Source: Utricularia gibba
Lineage: Eukaryota; Plantae; Magnoliophyta
Direction of reading: 5' to 3'
DNA: 64,000 bases
Assembly (NCBI GenBank): GCA_002189035.1
Contig: NEEC01000008.1
Location: 930,001-994,000, forward strand
Part shown: positions 47,977-60,647 of the stretch, one piece after another
How positions within the stretch are numbered: the first letter of the stretch is position 1
Layout: every line of letters begins with the position of its first letter
Notes under the pieces: generated by a model
Seen by the model: only the letters and a program-made list of their open reading frames with translations
What the model was told of the DNA's origin: nothing
Database searches by the model: none
Program-made: the position numbers and the translations under genes

Positions 47977-50563
47977 ATGGACTACAAGGCCTACGACAGT
48001 AGTGGTGAGACAATTTATTTCTGGTTTAGTTTCAGGATTTTATCTGGTTTTAGGGCTAGGCTTGCTTAGGTTGCATATTGTGATGGTGCACTGGCGTTTT
48101 AGTTGCCAGCTGCGGAATGAGGGTGAAGCTGCGTTTTCTGAACTTTACTTACCAAATAGTTTTTCCATGTTAGCAATGTAGCTTCTCATAGAGTTTTCAG
48201 AATGGTGTGGGGAGATTGATTTGTTGATGGGGCTTTTACTGGATAAAATGAGGTTCGTCGTGGTAGATATTTTTTTCTTTTCAGTTTCTCTTGATCATTT
48301 GGATATGTCTTCAGGAACTGATGATGATTTACCCCACCGCATCAAAATAGAATGTCCAGTGGAGGCCGCGTTTCTAGAAATGGGAGACCTGCAGCTCTAG
48401 GCTCAATGCCGTTTCCAAGAATGCATGATGAGACTGATATGGAAGCCAGAATTCATCAACTTGAACAAGAAGCCTACTGCTCCATATTAAGAGCTTTTAA
48501 AGCTCAAGCTGATGCTATTTCCTGGGTACTTAATGCGTTGAGCTTTCGAGTAATAGTATGTTATCATGTTCATTGGCTAATAAATTGACTTTTTCAGGAC
48601 AAAGAAAATTTAATTACTGAGCTTAGGAAGGAGTTGAGACTATCAAATGAAGAACACAGGGAACTTCTCAGTAGGGTTAATACTGATGAAGCTGTTCGAG
48701 TAATAAGGTTTTTTTTGGATAACCATTATTGATTACTAATTCTGCTTCATCATGTTAAAAGGTCTAAATGATCTCTCGTGTTTTCCACTGGATTACACAA
48801 ACTTGGGAGTCCCTGCAGGGAGTGGAGACAATCATTTGGACATCAACCTGGATTGCATGGTGGCAGTCAATCTGCCCACGGCTCTATACCCAGTCCTTCT
48901 ATCTCAGCTTCTCGTAAAAAACAGAAGATAGCGCCATCTCTACCTTCTCAATCCTTCGTTGCTCCACCATCTTTCCGTTCACAGGCTATGGCTCCAGCAA
49001 ATCACCCTTCCTCATCGGTTGGGAAGCATGGACCCTTGATGGGCGGAAAAGTGAAAAGGCAAAAACCAGTGAGTTTAAAAGTTTGGCACCTAAGTTTGGG
49101 ATTTTAGATTTTCTTGTGGTGATGAGTTATCTTCCCTATTGTAAAGATGGCAACAGGCTCATCTTCTGCGAAAATGCATTATGCCACTGATCCATCTGGA
49201 CTTGGGAATCGTGTTCCTCCTGGTGGTTTTGCAACAGAGCACGTAGAAGGAGCTTCATTCGATCCTTTGATTGGGCGTAAAGTGAGGACCAGGTGGCCTG
49301 ATGATAATAATTTTTATGAAGCTGTTATTACTGAGTATGATCATACGGAGGTAAATGCAATTTAAATGTTTGCAAATGTTTTGTGCACACAGATTGATTT
49401 CTAGAGTATCTGTGATGCTTTTCCAGGGGCGGCATGCGCTTGTCTATGATATGGGTACTGCTAATGAGACCTGGGAATGGGTCAATCTTTCCGAGGTAGA
49501 TATTTAATATATGATCTCATCATGAGAATATGATGCATTGAGTATCTTTGCTACTTCCTATATCTTGTATATGCATTAGGCCGAAGCCTATTGTGATCTC
49601 ATTGAATATCTTGTGTATCTTGGCATGACCTTCTTGATACTGGATACCACCAGTGAAGACTCAGTATATGGTGTTTAATTGGGTGTTTCTTTATTTCCAC
49701 ACTTCAACCTGCTGTCTTCGTTCTTCCTTTAACAAAGTTCCAATGTTTTTTTTTTTTGATAATTCACACCATCTTTTAAACTTCCACCATGTTCCAGTTA
49801 CAACGTGTTGTAGTCATCTGATCTTTGTAATCACTACAGCAAACACGTATGATCTTAGTTACTTGCATGAGGTGTGTCATGACCTGTAATCAATTTTCAG
49901 ATTTCCCCGACGACATACAGTGGGAAGGTGAAGATCCCGGAATATTCCATCACCTTGGTTACTCCGGAATGAACAGACTTCTTGGGCATGGCAATGCTCT
50001 AGGTACAGGGAGAGGGAGCGGATTGACTAAGATTCAATCAAGGAAAGGCTTCCCACCATCACAGAATGGTGTTGGAAGGAAGGGGCCTGATGACATCCAG
50101 TTGCTTCACACTGATACTCTAATAAAGGAGGTATGATGCTGATGGATACATTCATATCTCATATGTTGATATGTTACTTGATCTTCATTAAGCATTAATC
50201 TCTCTCTCACTCTCTCTCTCTCTTCAGGTAGAGAGGATATTTAGTTCTAAAAATCTGGATCCTATGGAGATAGAAAAAGCAAATATGCTGCTGAAGGTCA
50301 GAGACGGAATTGGATACTTGCTATTTTATTCAGTCTAGTAATATTCAGCCGGCTATCGAACACTCTGTACACAGGAACATGAACAAGCACTTACTGATGC
50401 CATTGCTAGGCTGGGAGATTTATCTGATAATGATAGTGGTACGGCCTGCAGTAGCTCTATGTAGATTTCAATTCTTAAGAACAGGGCCACATTTTAACCA
50501 TTCTTATGGTGTCTCACTGAAGCTGAAGATCACCGGTTTGCACCCGCCCAAATGATGAACTGA
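47977..50563 (+). CDS. EML: EMSY-like protein (ENT + Agenet/Tudor); two apparent -1 frameshifts
   Basis: [101 protein letters not shown]. Confidence 0.88.
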
Positions 50564-51298
50564 GGACGAGAAAGCCAATCAATGATGACCATCCGAAGGA
50601 GGAAAAAAGGACAGCAATGGATGCGTCCGTGCATCGCCTTGAATATGAGGCAAGATTTTCTCTCCGGCTGTTACTGATCTCCGATCCAACAGAATCATAC
50701 ATATAGGCATCTGCTGCATTGCAACATAATGGAGCAGACCTTGTCTTATCTTTTTTTTTTATTGTTGTAGTTTAGGCCTAGGTAACTAGTTAGCGATTTT
50801 TTACATTTCTTACTTGCAGTTGCTACTATGAGAAATCTTGATCCTGGGTTCTCGCTGTACCTTCTGTTTGTTGTGTATTCAGTGCCGTTATACCAGCTTC
50901 TTCATATGAGTGAGTTGATGCCAATAAAACTAATGTGAAGCCCCTTTGGGCTTTTGTTTAATTCCTTGTAGTATCGATAAATTTAGAAGTTGAAGACATT
51001 TGAGATGATGGATCCTCTCCATAATTATTATGCTGTGGATTCATAATCTGATTATTTTACAGAGTTCTGTTCATGAGTACACCAAAAAGACCAGAACACA
51101 GATGATGGATCCTGTCTTTCAACACTAAAGCGAGGACCCGGAAACGGCATGAGTAACACAGAGCAACAAGTTCCCAGCTCATCACAGGCGATGGATAATG
51201 CTGGGCGTGATCACTTCGCGTTCTTGAGTCTCCCTGCAACACAAACAGGAAGAGGCATCCACAAGTTGTGAATACAGCTGCTACCATCTTGGATGGCT

Positions 51299-52917
51299 CT
51301 AGCCACCAATGTGTATCATTGGCCTGTTCGGTGTCGATGCGAGGTCAAACATACTGGTATGAGCTTGTTTCTTCCTCTTGACCTATTGTTTTTGGTGGAG
51401 AACCAGAGGGGTATCACACAAAAATGTAGGAATGGAGTTTCAGAAACAAGAAAACTACTCACTGCTGCTCCAATGAGGTGCTTCAGTTCATCATCAGTAG
51501 CACCACCGCGCAATGGATCCCTCAAGCTAATCTGAAAACGAATAGTTGCAGTGAAAACCACGAAGACAACCTACAAAATTATGAATCAGAGGGATCTCCT
51601 TCACCTCAGAAGGACCAAACAGGCAAACTTTGAAGTTCCCATCTGCTAGAAGCCTCAACCTATTGCAACCAGCACAGAAATGCTCAGTCATCGATGTGAT
51701 GAATGAAACAGTACCCTGATGATCCTCAACATGAAAATTCTTTGCCGTCTCTGTTGGGGCATCAACAATCCTCTCAAGCGTAGGAAAGCTCTTCACCTGT
51801 TCAGCAGCACGAATGCTTCTCAGTCAATGAACCTGAGGTGGTGGCGAAGAGACTGATCTTACCACAATATCAAACATTTCAGCAAAGGGAACAAGTTTCT
51901 TCACGTTCCAGACGTTCCCGTCGAACGGCATGAACTCGATGAACCGAACATTGATCGGCTTCTCTCGTGTCAGCCGAACAAAGTCGCATATCTCATCATC
52001 ATTGAACCCTCGCATCACCACACAATTTACCTGGTACAGACTCTCAGATGAAGAAATCAGCAGGCAAAAGGGAAGCATACACTCTAAAAGAAACCTACTT
52101 TGACAGGATTGTAGCCAAGCTCTATGGCAGCATCAATGGCTTTCAGGACCCTTTCATGCCCCTTTCGTCTCGTCATGAACTCGAACTTGGCAGGAGCCAG
52201 TGTGTCTAAGCTTATGTTTATGGCGCCAAGTCCACATTCTTTCAGCCTCGGAAGCTTGTTTGCCAACACAAGTCCATTGGTAGTCATAGCAAGTGTCTTC
52301 AATCCCGGCAAGCCGGAGAGACGGTGGCATATTTCTTCCACATCCTTGCGGATAGTCGGCTCGCCGCCGGTAAGGCGAATCTTGGTAACACCAGAACTCA
52401 CAAACAGACTTGCTAGATGAAGAATCTCATCTTGGGATAGAAGTCGAGGACTTGGAGTAAGCACCGTGCCTTCTGCAGGCATGCAGTATTGGCATCTCAA
52501 GTTACAGCGTTCAGTCAGTGATATCCTGAGATATGTATGCAGCCTTCCAAAGGAATCAACCAGCATATCTGAAACATGATTCTCTTTTGCTGGTTCTTCT
52601 TGGATAACATCACATGAAGTAGACAGGGTCTTCGATGTTGCACCCGCAATGTTGCCTCTGCGATGGATGGAATCCAGAGCAGTAAACTGCATGTAGGATC
52701 AAAATGGAAACACCATGGTTTCATTTCATCGAACAGGTGGTATACAATGAGATGATGACGTTCTGGTAGTGAAAACCAAACTATGATTACAAAAACAGAA
52801 CCCACAAACGACACACCTATCCAAAATAAATCCAATAGCCATAGCGGAAGCAAACAAATTAGCACTTACTGGCCTGAATTTCCGAAAACCCAGATGCCAT
52901 CCGATGATCTTGAGCAT
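51299..52917 (-). CDS. CNX2: GTP 3',8-cyclase (MoaA), molybdenum cofactor biosynthesis, organelle-targeted
   Basis: [27 protein letters not shown] (radical SAM CxxxCxxC), [33 protein letters not shown]-terminal NRPMIHIGG*. Confidence 0.95.
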
Positions 52918-53769
52918 AATATTCGCAGTTAATATAGTTCTTTCTTAAAAAAACGAAACAAAAAAGGAGCTTTGGTCCTTTGACTCTGAGGATACGATCC
53001 TTCTGTCCTCCATTCCTCCTCCAACCGGTATTTCTCTTTATGGGGGAATAAGATGTACTTCAATTCCCTTTTTCCCCTCGCTTTCGGTGGACGAATCCAA
53101 ATTTGGGTCACCCAGCCTAAGTAAATGCTTTAATTCTTTGGGAAATTAGCATAGGATTAAACTTTTAAAAGTAATTTCACCAGATTAAGAAGTAATTAAC
53201 GTGATGCACGCTTGATGACGATGTCCGTAGATCATCGTTTTCCATTGCAGTTCTATCCACATTTGCTGGGGTACACATCCCTACAAAGATGGGTGCTTCG
53301 CATATCCCATGCACTGATGTATGGCTGAGATCTCTGCAGCACATCGGTGGGCTGCAAACCTTGACTAAGAAGAGATAAAGTTTTGCACTCAAATGTAGGA
53401 ATGGTCCATGTTCATTCCTGTAGTGCCAAATTTAGAAAGGGGAAGAATGAAAGTGGGATCCGTCTCTGAAACATCAAACATATGTATGTGGAGGTAAGTA
53501 AAGCCATGAGCTTTAGCTTGATGTTGCTGAACCCACTCTGGGTTTTGCATTTAGTTTCCATCTGGCGTCGTGATTCGTTGTAAAGATGCGTTATGCGTTT
53601 GTTTATATAGCAGGATTCGTAGTAAAAAATGGGAACTTTTTAAGGGATTTTTACTGGGCTATGGCGTGGCGTTATGGTAGTCATAAGAAAATGATGGATG
53701 GATTCAGTTGTCAACGACCCTTTTTGATTTTTCGTTTCTGCTTTCAATTCGAGTTCCGAAGTAGCATGG

Positions 53770-53948
53770 CAGTCATCCTCATCGTTCCTGCTATAAGAAG
53801 TGGTGTTATACTACCACTGTAAAATCAGCGTTCAGTCATCCCTCATCGTTCTTGCTATACGAAATGGTGGTATAACAGCCACAGGCGTATAACAGAGCGA
53901 TAATACCTTGTATATCATGGATACGAAGTGGTAGTGTAGCAGGCGTAT
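53770..53948. repeat. Imperfect tandem repeat, period about 63 bp (2 copies plus a partial third)
   Basis: cagtcatcc(c)tcatcgttc[c/t]tgctata at 53770 and 53833; atacgaa[a/g]tggt...caggcgtat recurs at 53921-53948. Confidence 0.7.
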
Positions 53949-54947
53949 TTCGTGCCGCTTTCCCCCTCTAATTGTATTTGTGCTCTATCTCCGCCCGTCA
54001 TCACTAGTTGGAACGTGCCTATCAGAAAAAAATTATTTTCTTGCAAGAGAACTTGTGGGTTGCTTCCTGCGGTGAGTCTGAATCCGCTACAGGCGTTGAA
54101 GAGTGATCCCGGCTTGAAACTCTGAAAATCGAAAACTCCGGTGCATAATGATGAGCAATAGGAATGAATATGGGGTTCTTCGTAATGCTTGATGATAGAA
54201 AAAAAAGGATTGTTTTTTTAGAGAATGTTGTCGGGACAGGTCGAGGTTAGACCATATTTTGAGCTTGGATAGTTCATTGCTTCCAGGGTGTATGCTTGTA
54301 GTGCATGATTGTTTGTGAGGGAAGTGTTGCCAACGGATATGGTTGAAGAATTGCGATCGATCCCTTGACTCTTTGGAGGTTTCGCACGTTTGTGTGGAAT
54401 TTATTGTATGGACTTCTATTAAGATTGGAAAAGTAGCCTCAATTTGGTAAAGGATGAGGTGGGAAGTACCAAGTAAGGTGATGCTATTTATCAATGCACG
54501 AGGGGTAGTCAAACTTGGTAACTGCCGATAGGATCATCTGGAGGTTTCGCTCGTTTCGTTTGGTTGCAAGTTGTTAGTCTCGCGTTCTAACATATTTTTG
54601 GCAAATGAGATGTTGTTTGAAATATCCATATGTAAAAACTTCTTTTCGATTTCAATGGGAGCAGTAAAAAAGTAAAGTCCACAATATTCACTTACCTTAT
54701 CTAGGAAATTTTTAGCATGTACAGTTAATATTCCTTGGCTGTGTCTATAAAATGTGTGTGCTGTGTGGTTACATGTCCTCTATGTTTTATGCAGGCACTT
54801 TGACATCCTTCTCTGGTGAAGGGTGTGATGTTCTTAATCTGCAAAGGTGTCTACTTTCAATAGGTGGTTGATGCGTGTGATGAGTAGTCTGAGAATGCCA
54901 TTGCAAGGTTAACCTGTTTGCCGACATCAGTAGATTTTGGAAACAGG

Positions 54948-57408
54948 ATGGCACAGGGAACCGGAGATGAGGACTCGTATACGAGACCCCTTGGAAGGCT
55001 CCCAATCCTTCTATATGGGGTGGGGCATATGTTGAATGATATAACATCTGCTTGTTGGTTCACATATCTCTTGGTCTTTTTGACAAAAATTGGACTGCCT
55101 CCCAGGTTTGCCTTTAGAAGTATCTTCAAGATTGCTACTTGCTTGTATTCGAAATTGTATGTTTTCAACCGATTTGTTTCAGTCCCTGTTTACGTTTGTT
55201 AATGAGAATGATAGTGACTATCTCTTGGTTAGTTTGTGGGAAAAAAATTTTGCGCATGTGACTGTAGCTCCCTATTTTTCTGAAGAACTCATCTTTTCCA
55301 TATGGTAGAAATATATCTTGTGATGTGTGGTATTGTGTCACAGTGATTCTGCTATTGTCATGTTATCTGGTCAAATTGCGGACGCGTTAACAACCATTTT
55401 GGCTGGTGAACTGGTATGTATAACAAATCACAGTGAATGAATATCATGTTAGCATTCATCACTTGTACTACTGGATACCTGTTGGAATTTCTCTAGAGAA
55501 AAAAATAATCTTGATGAATCTATGTCGAATATCACTTTTTTTACATCAGCATGCTTCATTGTCTGTCGTCTTTTTTTTTTTTTTTTTTGTGCATCGCATA
55601 GCTACCAATGCAACTGTGACAATATGCAGATAGATAGGTATGGACGCTTCAAGGTATGGCATGGTGCTGGATCTCTTTTGGTTGCTGTTTCGTTTTCTTC
55701 TGTATTTGGTGGCTGCTTGCCTTGTAAAATTATCGGATCCTCTTCCTTCTTGACGCGAACTATTGGCTATAGCTTTTTTGCTGCGGTTTTCAATGTTGGC
55801 TGGGCTGCAACCCAAGTATCACACATGTATGACCGTATCAGTCTTTACTTGCTGTTCTTGATACTTGGCAAGAAAGAAGCTTTTAAGAAGATTTGTTTAG
55901 CTATTGGAGATTTTATTTGGCCCTTTAATGTTGCAGGTCCATGGTGAACTGCATCACTTTGAATTCCACAAGCAGAGTGGTTCTTACCAGCTGCCGGAAT
56001 GCCTTTACCATGGTAACCTACATTCTTCTCACTCAGGAACAAATCTCTTACCGCCTTTCGCCTCTTTGCCTCTTCAGTTTGTTTCTTATGAAGGTTGCCA
56101 ACCTCAGCTTGTACGCTGTTGCCTTCATAGTTTTCGACATTGAGACAGATTCTTCAGCTGTTGATATTGAGAGCCAGGTATCCAGTCCCTCTCCTGGTAT
56201 TCCTTCTCTTATCCTGATTCCCTCACAAGGTTCTTTTGATCAGTATCGCTGGATTGCCTTTTCCTCCATCTTCTTCGGTTGCTTCTTCGTAGTGCTGTTT
56301 CACCTCGGAACTCAAGAGCCAAGGTACTAAAAACTGGAACTTTCATTCGTGTTCTATGATCTGAACACCCTTTGCTCTGGCAGATTGAAAAGAGGAGTCC
56401 ATGGAAGGGACCATGTCAGGATTTCATGGCTTTACTGGTTCAGGAAACTCCTATACCATCAAGTCGCCCTCCTTTACGTGCTAACAAGACTCATCACCAA
56501 TGTCTCACAGGTTATCAAGCATCTGCATCTGTCGCTTTTCCCTGCTCTTGTTTCATGGCTGAGAAGCTTATACTTGCTCCATCATCCCAGGTGTTTCTCG
56601 CTTTCTACGTCGTGGATGATCTAAAGATGTCACAGTCGTCTCAGGCGTTGGTCCCAGCTGCGATCTACGTTTGCAGCTTTGTGGTTTCCGTTCTCCTGCA
56701 GGTTCTCGCGTCTTCCCATTCCTCTCTTTGTAACTGCTGCCTTCTGCAACTCACCAGAGCATCTGATTGTCGCCACTCCTCAGGAGATTGGGTGGAGCTC
56801 CCAACGCCTGAAGGCCGTGTATGTGGCCGGAGGCCTGCTCTGGTTAGTCGCCGGTGCAGGGATCCTGTTGCTCCCCTCTGCGATGAATGGGTTTATGTAC
56901 ATTTTGTCAGTCGTGATTGGAGTTGCGAATGCTGCCATTATGGTAACCTTTCCCCCCCAGAAGCTTCTTCCTGCGGCAAGATGTGTACGGCTATCCCTGT
57001 GCTTCAACTGCAGGTTTCTGGAGTGAGCATGCAGAGTGTGCTCGTCGGAAGAGATCTCAACGGATGCGCATTCGTCTATGGGTCGCTAAGCTTTCTCGAC
57101 AAAATGCTTTGCGGTGTTGTTCTCAGTGTTCTGGAATCGTACCAGAGTGAGTTTTCCGGGAGCAGTTTTGCATCATCATCATCTTCTTCTTCTTCTTCCA
57201 AGGTACAAGCATAGAATCGTTTTGCAATGCAGGCTCGGTTCCGGCGGTTCGGAACAGTCATCACCGGCCGAACCTCGCCCTGTCTGTGACGAGGGTCGGC
57301 CTGGGTCTCGTTCCGTCCGTGTGCGCGCTGGTGGGGATCGTGGTGACGCTCACCATGGAGCTCCCTGACTCGAGGTCCAATTCACAGTTGGATCCTCTTC
57401 TTTCGTAG
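54948..57408 (+). CDS. Major facilitator superfamily transporter (MFSD12-like), 11 exons
   Basis: LYGVGHMLNDITSACWFTYLLVFL, SGQIADA, FNVGWAATQVSHM, LTSCRNAFTM/VANLSLY, CAFVYGSLSFLDKM. The last exon read in the spliced frame ends LDPLLS* at 57408. Confidence 0.9.
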
Positions 57409-58178
57409 GCAAAGAAGCAGAGATGTCTGTGGAGGATTGACGGACACCTTTGCAATTTTATTTTATACTTATAGAAAATCTAAAATATTGTGTTGGGTAC
57501 ACGGCATCTCTGGTTCCCTGGACGAAGTGACGGAGGAGGCTGGCCGGCGGGAGACCTGCGGCGGTTTCCGGTGGAAGGGGGAAGGGGATGAGAAGACAGA
57601 AGACTCTAGTAGTAAAGGAGAAGAATGTAATTTGATCCTTGTAGTTTCTCTTATGCAAATGGGCTTCGGCCATTGAATAGCATCGTCTTGTTGAAATTAG
57701 ATTGCAACAAAATCTGTGTATTGTTTCGTGCCCCTGCATACAAACAGCTAGGTACTTCTGTTCCTGTTAAAAGAACTAGACGCTTACTGTGTTTATTGGT
57801 CGATGTGGCAGAAGTTACTAACTGTGAACAGGCCATTAACATTGAACTCGGAGGGCATGAAGAGGTCGTACCTGAACAAATTAAATTATCCTGCAGCTCC
57901 TCCCGGCCCACTGAATATAGGCATGTAAATTTAGAAGCATATGGTTAAATCAGTTCTCAGTGAATATCTCTTTTGAGTAAATGAAAAATGGAGAACATGT
58001 AACTCGAACCTGAGATAGCTGCCTTGCAAGGTGTATGTGGAGCTCTGTTTTGGCCTTTGTTGGTCACTACGCTTTCACTTTCTCTTGCAGGTTCTAATTC
58101 TCTGCGTTCTGGGTATTGTCGAGCACTATTTTAACAAAAATGCACAGAGCTGGAATGATGCTGTGCAGCAACACCCTA

Positions 58179-60047
58179 TTACCAGTAGTCTCCACATGAA
58201 CACGAGCCATCAACAAAATGGTGGAATCTATTGCGGTCCCTCATCACAATATTTCGCCCTGTGACCTTTGACACCAGCTTGAAAACACCATGACAATCCT
58301 CGCATACCCGGAGGTTCTTGATGATGCTGACCCTACTCCCTGCTTTCGTACTCAGGAGACCGAATGCCAATGCAAGCCGTTCGCTGTGTACCTGGAGTGA
58401 CCTCTTCTTCTCCTTGTCCCCAACGTCGTGCAGTGCTGCATCCATGTGGGAGATGTAGCTGTGATCCCTTAACCATTCATCAATCTTGTCAAGAGTCTGG
58501 TATATGTCTTTGCTTCGAGGGTGCTTGATGTCCCCTGCTAGAAACTCATGCACTCTGTTATTCACTTCAATAGAACTACTTCCTGGTTCCTTGTGTATTC
58601 CACTTCGTCTCATCATCATCCGAGCTCTTGCCACGCCTTCCCAGAACCCTGACGAAGCATATATGTTCGAGAGAAGGACAAATGTCCCAGATTCTGCACA
58701 GCCATTATCGAGGAGTAGTTGAGTGATCCTTTCAGCTAGAGGGATGTTCTTATGAAGCCTGCAGGTACCAAGCAATGTGCACCACAAAACAGGGTCTGGT
58801 TCAATGCTCATGTTCATTACAAGATCATAGGCTTCATCCAGTTGTCCAGCTCTGCCAAGAAGATTCACCATGCACCCATAATGCTCCACTTTTGGACGGA
58901 TTCCATACTCATTCTTCATTGAATTGAAAATGGCCCTCCCCTTGGAGATGAATCCTGAATGAGCGCAAGCACTTAACACAGCAATGAAGGTTATATCAGT
59001 AGGGTGGAGGCCAATGCCACACATTTTATAGAATAGTTGCAATGCATCTCGTCCCTGGCCATGAAGTGAATACCCTCCAATCATTGTATTGTAAGTTACA
59101 ATGTCTCTCACTTTAATCCCATCAAACACCTTTTTGGCATCCTCTAGACTTCCAGACTTGGAATACATGTCTATTAAAGCCGTGGCGACCTGAACATTTT
59201 CTGAAGCTGCAGAGCCAAGATAAGAATGGATCCATTTACCTGACTCGAGAGCTCCTACCTGACCGCAGGCAGAAAGGGTTGCCACCAGGGTTGCTTCATT
59301 AGGTTTGATCCCAGATTTCAGCATCTGCCTAAAGAGAATCAAAGCCTCATTTGGTCTTCCATGTTTAGTGTATCCATCGATCATCACGTTCCAACTCGCC
59401 ACATCCCTCTCCTCCATCTCCTGGAACAGAATTCTTGCCTCATCTACATTCCCATTTGCTGCATATCCAGAAATCAAGGCTGTTGTGGCAACCAAATTTC
59501 TTCCTTTCATCCTGTCATAAAGCCTGCGAGCAGCAACGAACTCCCCACCTCTTGCATAGACACCAACAAGGGTGGCTCTTACATAATCATTTGCCTCATG
59601 CCCAAATTTAACAGCATGACAATGAACTGCTTTACCACTTTCCAATGTACACACTTTGATGACACTCGAAATAGTAAATTCATTAGGCTCCACAGATTCA
59701 GTTAGCATTCGCACATAAAGACGCAGAGCATCATCACATAAACCATTAATAGCATGGCCATGAATTATAGAGGAGTAAAAGTAAACATTGGGATTGAGGG
59801 TACGATTAAAAAGGGCCAATGCGTTGTTCACATGCCCAAGAGATGCGTAAGAGCGCTGCAGCTTGAAATTTAAGGATGGATCATCTTCAAGCCCACGGCG
59901 GAAAATGAATGCATGGATGTTCCTAAGATGCTTGAAAGATCTGCTTTTGTCAATAAGCAATGCAATTTTTTCAACCTCTGGACATATTTCTTGCTTGCTG
60001 TTGACAGAAAGCTTCGATGGCAGAGGTATGGAGTGGGAAATCGGCAT
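58179..60047 (-). CDS. ELI1: PLS-class PPR-E-DYW RNA editing factor, ELI1 (At4g37380)-like, 622 aa
   Basis: PLS repeats, KEPGSSSIEVNNRVHEF (E+), HSERLA and CEDC zinc ligands, terminal CSCGDYW. Confidence 0.9.
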   Translation of the reverse strand: MPISHSIPLPSKLSVNSKQEICPEVEKIALLIDKSRSFKHLRNIHAFIFRRGLEDDPSLNFKLQRSYASLGHVNNALALFNRTLNPNVYFYSSIIHGHAINGLCDDALRLYVRMLTESVEPNEFTISSVIKVCTLESGKAVHCHAVKFGHEANDYVRATLVGVYARGGEFVAARRLYDRMKGRNLVATTALISGYAANGNVDEARILFQEMEERDVASWNVMIDGYTKHGRPNEALILFRQMLKSGIKPNEATLVATLSACGQVGALESGKWIHSYLGSAASENVQVATALIDMYSKSGSLEDAKKVFDGIKVRDIVTYNTMIGGYSLHGQGRDALQLFYKMCGIGLHPTDITFIAVLSACAHSGFISKGRAIFNSMKNEYGIRPKVEHYGCMVNLLGRAGQLDEAYDLVMNMSIEPDPVLWCTLLGTCRLHKNIPLAERITQLLLDNGCAESGTFVLLSNIYASSGFWEGVARARMMMRRSGIHKEPGSSSIEVNNRVHEFLAGDIKHPRSKDIYQTLDKIDEWLRDHSYISHMDAALHDVGDKEKKRSLQVHSERLALAFGLLSTKAGSRVSIIKNLRVCEDCHGVFKLVSKVTGRNIVMRDRNRFHHFVDGSCSCGDYW

Positions 60048-60089
60048 GTACTATACAACAGCAGAAACTTCACGTCTCTAAATAAAAAG

Positions 60090-60410
60090 AGCAGGATACT
60101 CTAGGCTGCACATTCCGTCCAGGTCCATGTATCCAGTAATATTACTCATGGAGTAGATGCCTAAATGATACCAATCTACAAAAAAAATGAAACACCCAGC
60201 ATTATCAGGCATTCAATCGAATACGTTGACCGCAGTCCGCAACAGACTACCAGAGTAGGATACTCCAGGCTGCAAATTCCATCCACCTCCATTTATCATA
60301 TTACTCATGGAGAAAATGCATAAATGATACCAATCTAGAAAGAAATGAAAGGCAGTGCACTGTCAGGCATTCAATCAAACACTTTGACCGCAGTCCCTGG
60401 ATTGGCTACT
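60090..60410. repeat. Tandem duplication, unit about 160-165 bp (2 diverged copies), just upstream of the PPR-DYW start
   Basis: aggatact..aggctgca, attactcatggag, aaatgataccaatcta, tcaggcattcaatc and ttgaccgcagtcc each occur twice, about 158-164 bp apart. Confidence 0.85.
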
Positions 60411-60647
60411 CAGCAAAAGCTTCCCAACGGAAGGGCACGCCTGTTCGGCACATGATCGTCCACCGAATATCGATAAATAAATAATGCGATAATTTAAAAT
60501 ACACGATTTATCCATTTATGCGTCACGCCTACGTCACCACAGTATTTCGTCTAAGTAATTGGGCCGGCCCATCGACCCACACAATTGAGAGGCAGGAATC
60601 CTTATAAATTCTGCGTTTGACGGGTTAACTAACGATCGACGGAAAAG

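Noticed and set aside
56178-56242. MFS intron starting GTATCC as a possible second U12 intron
   Set aside because: Positions +7/+8 are AG rather than TT, and there is no TCCTTAAC-like branch site near the acceptor.
57114-57368. 84-aa ORF as the MFS last exon
   Set aside because: Splice phase places the true last exon in another frame, ending at 57408.
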